Below, piece after piece: positions 37,524 through 40,000 of a DNA stretch of 40,000 bases. The notes beneath the pieces were generated by a model that was not told where the DNA came from, ran no database searches, and was given only the letters and a program-made list of their open reading frames with translations. The position numbers and the translations under genes are program-made. The stretch is from the NCBI GenBank assembly GCA_963841845.1, contig CAWJEG010000005.1:335526-375525 (forward strand), read 5' to 3'. Each line of letters opens with the position of its first letter. The stretch's first letter is position 1. Origin of the DNA: an uncultured Chloroflexia bacterium. Its GTDB lineage: Bacteria; Chloroflexota; Anaerolineae; Anaerolineales; Anaerolineaceae.

Positions 37524-39000
37524 ATGAAAGTATTGGTGGCAAATAGAGGCGAGATCGCCATCCGCATCATGCGTGCCTGCCAGGAGATGGATATCCGTAC
37601 CGTGGCAGTCTATACTGATCCGGACCAGATTGCCCTTGCATGTTCGCTATGCAGATGAGGCCATACCCATTGGACCAATTCAAAGCTATCTTGATATCGA
37701 AACAATCATTAAGGCTGCACGGCGCTCAGGGGCTGACGCCATACATCCCGGTTATGGGTTTCTCTCGGAAAATGCTGAATTTTCCCACCGTGTGGAAGCT
37801 GCCGGCTTGACATTCATTGGACCACGCGCTGAGACAATTACATTGATGGGAGATAAATTATCAGCCCGGCGGACTGCCCGCGAAGTAGGTGTACCAGTCC
37901 TGCCAGGTCCGGACACACCAATAACTGAGAATTTATCTCCGGAGATGGCAAAGGAACTGGACTACCCCCTCCTTGTAAAAGCAGCGGCGGGGGGTGGCGG
38001 GCGAGGCATTCGCCTGGCACGTAATCCGTCAGAATTGCAGGAAATGATCGATGCCGCTCGCAAAGAAGCACAGGCCGCTTTTGGTGATGGATCGGTTTAC
38101 CTGGAACCAATGGTTCAACGCGCCCGCCATATAGAGATCCAGATAATTGGTGATGGTCATGGTCATGTCATTTGCCTGGGTGAACGGGAATGCTCCATTC
38201 AAAGAAGAAGGCAGAAACTGATCGAAGAAGCCCCTGCCCCGGGTTTAAATGAATCGCTGCGTAACCAGATCTATGAGGTAGCCTTAAAACTGGGGCGGGC
38301 ATTAAACTACCGCAGCCTGGGAACAGTTGAGTTCTTACTGGACAAAGACAATAATTTCCATTTTATAGAAGTCAACCCGCGTATCCAGGTGGAACACCCT
38401 GTCACAGAAATGGTCACCCGTCTTGATTTGGTGAAAGAGCAGCTGCGTCTTGCGATGGAAGGCGGGCTGGATTACCGGCAGGACCAGGTTGAAATCCTCG
38501 GTGCTGCCATCGAAGCTCGTATTTTGGCAGAGGACGCCAGTATGGATTTTATGCCGGCAACAGGCACAATCACCCATCTTAAAGAACCAAATGGACCCGG
38601 TATTCGTGTGGATAGTGCCCTCTACCTCGGTTATCCTGTTGAGGCAAATTATGACTCACTTCTATCCAAGGTGATAACCTGGGGTGAGAACCGCCTGGTA
38701 GCCATAAACCGCATGCGCCGGGCCTTGCGGGAATACCAGATTGGCGGTGTTTCAACCGATCTCGATTTTCTGCAAAAGATTATCGACAGTCCGCCATTCC
38801 TGGCCGGGAAAATCGATACAACATACCTGGACCGCTTTAAGCCAAAACCTCAGGAAAACCAATCGGTTGCTGAAAAAGAAATCGCCATTGCCTCCGCCCT
38901 ATTTGCCCACAAAAACCGGAATATCAGCCCTACCCATGAAGACATGGAGACCAGCAGCTGGCGGGAGACTGCCTGGCGCGAACAAATGCGCAGTCTTTAA
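37524..39000 (+). CDS. accC: Biotin carboxylase (ATP-grasp) subunit, interrupted by a +1 frame change near 37633-37640
   Basis: Hand translation from the ATG at 37524 gives [38 protein letters not shown].., with a stop at 37656. The +1 frame continues [49 protein letters not shown]. The span is 1477 nt (3n+1). Confidence 0.88.
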
Positions 39001-39013
39001 TAAGGAGATCGAA

Positions 39014-39496
39014 ATGACACTCTATAAGGTGTCTATTGGGAATAAGCAGTACCAGGTTAATATAAGCAAAGATCAGGTCACCCTCGATGGTGAGCCTGTT
39101 GATATCCATCTCATTCCGCTGAATGGTAATGGACTGCACCTGCTGCGGAGGGGTAATTTAGCCAGCGAAGTTTACCTGCAAAATACAGATGGAAGTAATT
39201 ATGAAGTGCTGGCTGGCGGGCAGAGGGTTGTAGCCCGGGTGGAAGAAGCATCCAGAAAATCACGCATTCCTGTAGAAACAGTCCAGACCGGAGAAATGTC
39301 GGCACCCATGCCCGGTCTTGTAGTGGATGTGCTGGTAAAGGAGGGCGAGAAAGTTGAAACAGGCCAGGCGCTGATTGTTTTGGAGTCCATGAAAATGCAG
39401 ATGCAGATGCGCGCTCCCATTGATGGCGTAATTAAGGGTGTTTTTGTTAAAATTGGCGACCAATTGGAAAAGGGAACACTTCTGGTGAGAATTTAG
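39014..39496 (+). CDS. Biotin carboxyl carrier protein of the carboxylase
   Basis: The ATG at 39014 is preceded by AAGGAG. The C-terminal biotinyl domain reads MSAPMPGLVVDVLVKEGEKVETGQALIVLESMKMQMQM. The longer ORF-track frame (from 38741) overlaps accC and is not needed. Confidence 0.85.
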   Translation: MTLYKVSIGNKQYQVNISKDQVTLDGEPVDIHLIPLNGNGLHLLRRGNLASEVYLQNTDGSNYEVLAGGQRVVARVEEASRKSRIPVETVQTGEMSAPMPGLVVDVLVKEGEKVETGQALIVLESMKMQMQMRAPIDGVIKGVFVKIGDQLEKGTLLVRI

Positions 39497-39580
39497 AATG
39501 GGGACCTTTAAGAAAATTCTAAATTCAAACCACATCGTTTAATCCATCACCAAAAAAAACATCTGGTCTTTCATAATAAG

Positions 39581-39613
39581 CCTGAATAACCACCGGTTCA
39601 AGGATTTATTTTT
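39581..39613 (+). terminator. Weak terminator candidate after the carboxylase operon
   Basis: Bulged stem CCTGAA (39581-39586) / TTCAAGG (39597-39603), followed by the T-rich ATTTATTTTT. Confidence 0.35.
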
Positions 39614-39706
39614 CTGTAATCTCCTGGTATTTATTAATTAGACATTCATTCCTGGAAGCATTCGTGGAAATCTTCATTTGTTCCGGATGATATAATCCGA
39701 AATGAG

Positions 39707-40000
39707 ATGCATGTATCCCGCTACTGGCGAATCCTGATATTTTTTGGACTGCTTGTGATCAAAATCGGGTTTTGGGATATCCTCCTGCCCTGGCTCGGAC
39801 TGCGCCAACTTTCCATCAATACCCGCCCGCAAAGGCTATCCAAAGCTGCCCGCGATTTTAAGAACCTGGCTATCGATATGGGTGGGGTGATGATCAAGGT
39901 TGGTCAGTTTCTTTCAGCCCGCCTGGATGTCCTTCCCAGTCAGGTCACTGATGAATTAGCCGGGCTCCAGGATGAGGTCAGACCAGAATCCTACGAGGAT
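39707..40000 (+). CDS. UbiB/ABC1 (AarF-domain) atypical kinase, 5' partial that runs off the right edge
   Basis: Hand translation gives MHVSRYWRILIFFGLLVIKIGFWD..FKNLAIDMGGVMIKVGQFLSARLDVLPSQVTDELAGLQDEVRPESYED, the typical ABC1 N-terminal block. The frame is open to the window end. It is not in the ORF track because it is incomplete. Confidence 0.75.
   Translation, partial: MHVSRYWRILIFFGLLVIKIGFWDILLPWLGLRQLSINTRPQRLSKAARDFKNLAIDMGGVMIKVGQFLSARLDVLPSQVTDELAGLQDEVRPESYED

Noticed and set aside
38741-39013. A long form (251 aa) of the biotin carrier ORF that starts inside accC.
   Set aside because: The upstream 91 codons overlap the well-supported accC frame and translate to a low-complexity, Pro/Lys/Thr-rich sequence. 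The ATG at 39014 has a perfect AAGGAG SD and gives the normal carrier N-terminus.

Overview
This is a gene-dense bacterial chromosomal window with about 37 protein-coding genes covering roughly 36.6 of 40 kb. I recognised no rRNA, tRNA, CRISPR array, transposase or integrase. Content from left to right: (1) a large membrane-anchored protein and a membrane sulfotransferase, divergent from a fused ATP-sulfurylase/APS-kinase that would supply PAPS. (2) A Na+-translocating biotin decarboxylase cluster: carboxyltransferase, OadG-like subunit, biotin carrier and OadB-like beta subunit. (3) An aldo-keto reductase, a DUF3048-type lipoprotein, an M48 peptidase and a fused PyrF-PyrE. (4) A GntR/HutC-headed operon containing a cupin-type glucose-6-phosphate isomerase. 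(5) A Zn-ADH followed by a TGT-family transglycosylase, an ArmA/Rmt (FmrO)-family 16S rRNA m7G1405 methyltransferase homologue and an RsmF-like m5C methyltransferase. (6) A GAF-GGDEF cyclase. (7) A SIS isomerase followed by five tandem HAD phosphatase paralogues, divergent from deoR plus a fused E1 alpha/beta and an E2 of a 2-oxoacid/acetoin dehydrogenase complex. (8) A three-gene ATP-dependent acyl-CoA carboxylase. (9) The 5' end of a UbiB/ABC1 kinase gene. The most noteworthy observations are the translationally coupled TGT / G1405-MTase / RsmF-like trio aimed at the decoding site, the five-fold HAD array inside a divergent DeoR regulon, and eight genes each broken by exactly one +1 frame change, all in the same direction. 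That last pattern must be resolved as consensus error or real pseudogenes before any functional claim is made. I found no defence island or mobile element, so the novelty candidates below are hypotheses with modest priors.
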